The notes below the pieces were generated by a model. That model made no database searches. It was not told where the DNA came from and worked only from the letters and a program-made list of their open reading frames with translations. Shown here one piece after another: positions 60,442-64,000 of a stretch of DNA of 64,000 nt. Every line of letters starts with the position of its first letter. The first letter of the stretch is position 1. The translations under genes were made by a program, and so were the position numbers. The stretch covers positions 8,310,001 to 8,374,000 of the forward strand of contig CM097885.1 in assembly GCA_044892525.1 (NCBI GenBank), read 5' to 3'. The stretch comes from Schmidtea polychroa (taxonomy: Eukaryota).

Positions 60442-62727
60442 TTAGTAGAAGAAGATATACAGAATCCAAGTGAGTAAATAATAAAATAAAACTTCAATAA
60501 AAACGACAAACAGCATGATATTCAATGAAATAATAATTCTTGGATAACCAGAAAAACTGTTATAAAATCTCAAAAAGATCGAACAATCTCCGACATTGCC
60601 GAATATCAAGTTCCGATAAAAAGAATCGAATAAAATCAATATTTTCTCAGAAGTCTTCGAAATTTTCGATTTGAAATTCTCTTGAAAAGTTTCATTGATA
60701 AAATTGGTATTTCTTAAATCATTCAAAATGGACAAAACTCTGGGAAAGCTTTTCCTAAATCTCTCTGGAAAATTGAGATTTCTCTTAATGTTTTGGAAAT
60801 CCCGATAAATCAAATTGACAATTTCCATAATATTTTTCATTTCATTTTTGTTGGTGATGAAAAATTTATTAAAAATCTTGTTAATTTGATAGTCGAATTC
60901 TGTGCAATTCGAATCGAGAATCTCATTGGTCAGAATTTTAAACGTTTGGAAATAATTCGAAATTGATTGGATGGTTTTTAAGTTGTTTTCGGTGTCGTTT
61001 CGATTGAGAATTTTTTCAAGACAATTGGAAATTATCGATCCATATTTTTGATCGATTATTGGCACGTTCAAATTTTTGATAAAGTAATCAAATTTCCGAT
61101 TGGCTCGGGATTTTATTTGAAATTGAATTTTCCGATAGATTTCCGATTGTTTGATCGAATCAATGTCAACAATTGATTGGAAATTGAGAATTGACAAAAT
61201 TGATTGGTTCATCACGCAGTCGGTTTTGATTTTATTAATTACTTTTTCGGGTAATCTTTTTGGGATTTTAAATATCGTCCGATAATTTCCGAGAAAATTT
61301 TCCGAATTAATCACAAACTTTTCCCAGTTGCTGTTTATCGTTTGAGAAAGTATTCCATCTATGATTTTTGAATTGTTGTTATGGGTTTCGAAATATCGAA
61401 ACGCTTCGTTGTATAAAATGGTCAGAACGATAAAACAAGCGACAATAACAACCGAAACCAAAGTGGAGAATATCATTGTGAAAATTTGATACGAATGATA
61501 CCACAAATAATTTCTTTTGAATTTCAAGTCGAACGTGAATGCAAAAATGAGAACGAGCTGGAAAATATTTATCATTAAATAAAAAACCGAAGCCGCAATT
61601 TTTACGGAAGTCAAAATCAAATTCATGACACCAGAAAAAATCAAAATCCCTTTCGAGGCTTTGTTGATTTTCTTAGAAATTTCGAACATTTTTGAACTGA
61701 TTTCGGTTGATTTTGAATTAATAACTCCAATCGGAAGAGTTTCCCAAAATTCATTTAGCGTTTTGTTTGGAAATTCTTTCAATGTCTTTGATAAATCTTG
61801 CAAAGTTTTTTGAATTTCATTTAAATCAATATTAACATCAATAGTTTCTTGTAATTTTTTAATAAAAATCAAACTATCGATTTTCAGTTCTACAATTGGT
61901 TTGTTGTGCGTTAAGCGGAAAAGAGTTTGATTGGTCTTTGAACATTCTTCGAATCGATTAAAATTCTGCTCTTCTGCCATCAAAGAATTGGAGATAAATT
62001 CAATTTTTCCAAGAAATTTCCATATTCCAGTTCGATTTTGTTGATTGAAATTGGAAATACGATAACAGGATTTATTAATCGATATCATTTGATCAATAAA
62101 TCTTGGAATCAATTTAAACAATAAATCAATATTCAAATCAGTTTCCAATTGAGATGCAAATTCATATATTGTAGAATTTATTGATTTTTTAGACAGCTCA
62201 ATTACTGGCATCAAATCGATTTTATTTTGAGAATCAATTAAAGAATTGTTTGTCAATTCTTCAAAATAATAAATCGAACGATTTGTCATTTCATAGACAT
62301 TGGTTTTTTCCAGAAAAATAGGGAAAATTGTCACGGTTCGTGACACCAAGCCAATGATTATGATGCTTACTAAGAAGTATGTAAATCGCCGATTGAATTT
62401 GGAAGTTTCAAATTTTAAAGACTTTCTGAATCGGACGCATCGTTTGTGGAATCTCGATTTAAAATACTTGTTGATAAAGGAGTGGATCAGAATTATCGTA
62501 ATAATTAGAAAGGTTGTCAAAATAATCGTGATCAGGATAGCGATGGCTAAGTAGAATTTATTTGATGATGTCAAATCCAAATATGAGTTCAAATAATTTG
62601 ATATCACTGTCCTATTATACAGGCAACTGTAACACGATTGTCTTACGTAATCCGACATGAATAATAAGATTCCTCCGTTTCGAGTAGGCTGAAAATTATC
62701 CATAACTGATCGTAATAGGCTGTTCAT
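60442..62727 (-). CDS. intronless prominin-like 5-TM glycoprotein, paralogue B (761 aa)
   Basis: Same topology and shared motifs with paralogue A (NGGI, NK.YL.AIL, YNE..RYFE, C...QSI..IL.F.SI). Confidence 0.72.
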   Translation of the reverse strand: MNSLLRSVMDNFQPTRNGGILLFMSDYVRQSCYSCLYNRTVISNYLNSYLDLTSSNKFYLAIAILITIILTTFLIITIILIHSFINKYFKSRFHKRCVRFRKSLKFETSKFNRRFTYFLVSIIIIGLVSRTVTIFPIFLEKTNVYEMTNRSIYYFEELTNNSLIDSQNKIDLMPVIELSKKSINSTIYEFASQLETDLNIDLLFKLIPRFIDQMISINKSCYRISNFNQQNRTGIWKFLGKIEFISNSLMAEEQNFNRFEECSKTNQTLFRLTHNKPIVELKIDSLIFIKKLQETIDVNIDLNEIQKTLQDLSKTLKEFPNKTLNEFWETLPIGVINSKSTEISSKMFEISKKINKASKGILIFSGVMNLILTSVKIAASVFYLMINIFQLVLIFAFTFDLKFKRNYLWYHSYQIFTMIFSTLVSVVIVACFIVLTILYNEAFRYFETHNNNSKIIDGILSQTINSNWEKFVINSENFLGNYRTIFKIPKRLPEKVINKIKTDCVMNQSILSILNFQSIVDIDSIKQSEIYRKIQFQIKSRANRKFDYFIKNLNVPIIDQKYGSIISNCLEKILNRNDTENNLKTIQSISNYFQTFKILTNEILDSNCTEFDYQINKIFNKFFITNKNEMKNIMEIVNLIYRDFQNIKRNLNFPERFRKSFPRVLSILNDLRNTNFINETFQENFKSKISKTSEKILILFDSFYRNLIFGNVGDCSIFLRFYNSFSGYPRIIISLNIMLFVVFIEVLFYYLLTWILYIFFY

Positions 62728-62821
62728 TGTGATTGACGTGATGAAACTAATGAAATATTTTATGAATAATGATAACTCTTCATTTTATCTCATGTTTCAA
62801 TTACTCAATCAATATTGATTA

Positions 62822-62867
<46 letters not shown>

Positions 62868-62924
62868 GTGATGATTTCTTGGTAGCAGCGTTTATTATTT
62901 AAAACAATAAAATGATAATTTATT

Positions 62925-63262
62925 TAATGTATTTAATGAAAAAATTTTCGGCTATAAGATAGTCCTTGTCAATCTCCTGGAATTTAGCAATCTTCTTCCC
63001 GAAAATATATTTCTGTCTTTCTTTTATTTCTCTTTTCTTAATATTTATTTTATTTTTAATTTTAATTTTCAAAAAAAATTTTAAATATTTTTAATAAAAA
63101 AATTCATAAAAAGAAAGTATATGTTATATTTAGAACCAATGAGAATTAAGAAAAAGGAAATAAAAGAAAGATGGAAATGTATTTTCGGGAAAAAGATTGC
63201 TAAATTCCAAGAGATTGACAAGGACTATCGTATAGTCGAAAATTTTTTCATTAAATACATTA
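62925..63262. repeat. ~118-bp inverted repeat pair, Penelope-like termini
   Basis: 62925-63042 is the reverse complement of 63144-63262; contains a GACTAT-CGT-ATAGTC-GAAA hairpin. Confidence 0.65.
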
Positions 63263-63419
63263 TTTGCGGCAAAAGGCTTAAATTATCACTTTATTGTATT
63301 ATTATTATTATTATTATAAGAATTTTTTTTTCCAATTTCCCCACTGATTATTTTTTCCATTGAATTTATTATTATTATTATTAAAATAATTAGTAAAATA
63401 TATGAATAAACTTTGCAGC

Positions 63420-63600
63420 AAATTTCAAGTTTATTCAAAATAAAAACTTTTAGAATTTTGGTATTTTACTGCATCATCATTCGAAATGGAGTTAAACCAG
63501 ATCCAGTAAATGTCGATAAAGCAAAAATATTTCCTGAACTAAAAACATTTAAACACATCAAAGGCTTTTAAGACTTAGCAGGATATTACAGGAAGTGCGG
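63420..63600 (+). pseudogene. Gypsy RT fragment
   Basis: NGVKPDPVNVDK...KHIKGF*DLAGYYRK. Confidence 0.7.
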
Positions 63601-64000
63601 ACATGTTGTCGAGAATAGATCAGTATGGGGAGGATGAAAATGTAAAAGAAGGAAGACTCGGAGGAACGATCTTTATGTTGACTAGAGAAACGGAGAGACT
63701 CACCAATTTAATTTAAGTAGAATAAGTTTTTCCATACCACCCCAAACGGACAAGTGGATGAAAGGACTCAGAGGGACGTTTGCAAATATAAAAGCATCGC
63801 ACGTCAAATCAGGACAAACCAACTCGGATATAAACATCCCATCCTGTTTATTCGTGTATCAAAATGCGGTGCACAAAAGAACCGGTCAAAACCATTCCAT
63901 TCGGCAAATTGAAATGCCAGTTGATTTGTTAATTTTTCCAAATGCAAACAAGAATTATCTCATGGAAAGAAAGAATGCAGAAGGCATTGACTAAAACCGG

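Overview
AT-rich eukaryotic genomic DNA with long (ATT)n tracts and short GT-AG introns. A flatworm such as a planarian is my inference from composition and TE types, not proven. Left to right: (1) the 3' end of a decayed Ty3/Gypsy element with PPT and a 178-bp LTR (1-1848). (2) An ~8.2-kb Polinton/adintovirus-like endogenous virus (~1850-10110) with major and minor capsid, packaging ATPase, adenain-like protease, core/membrane proteins, a fibre-like protein and a Zn-finger-PLA2-integrase fusion. No DNA polymerase is visible. It ends in a 233-bp AGTAGT...ACTACT fold-back and carries a dispersed GACCTYCRGAC motif read in different frames in different genes. (3) A graveyard of hAT, pogo/Tigger, Tc1, Zator, Merlin, Helitron, Gypsy, Penelope-like and piggyBac remnants. 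The piggyBac end is strikingly like the Trichoplusia ni IFP2 3' end. (4) Host genes: a 4-exon C2H2-zinc-finger plus TALE-homeodomain gene (43049-33918, minus) and two intronless prominin-like 5-TM paralogues. All family calls come from motif recognition; no searches were run.
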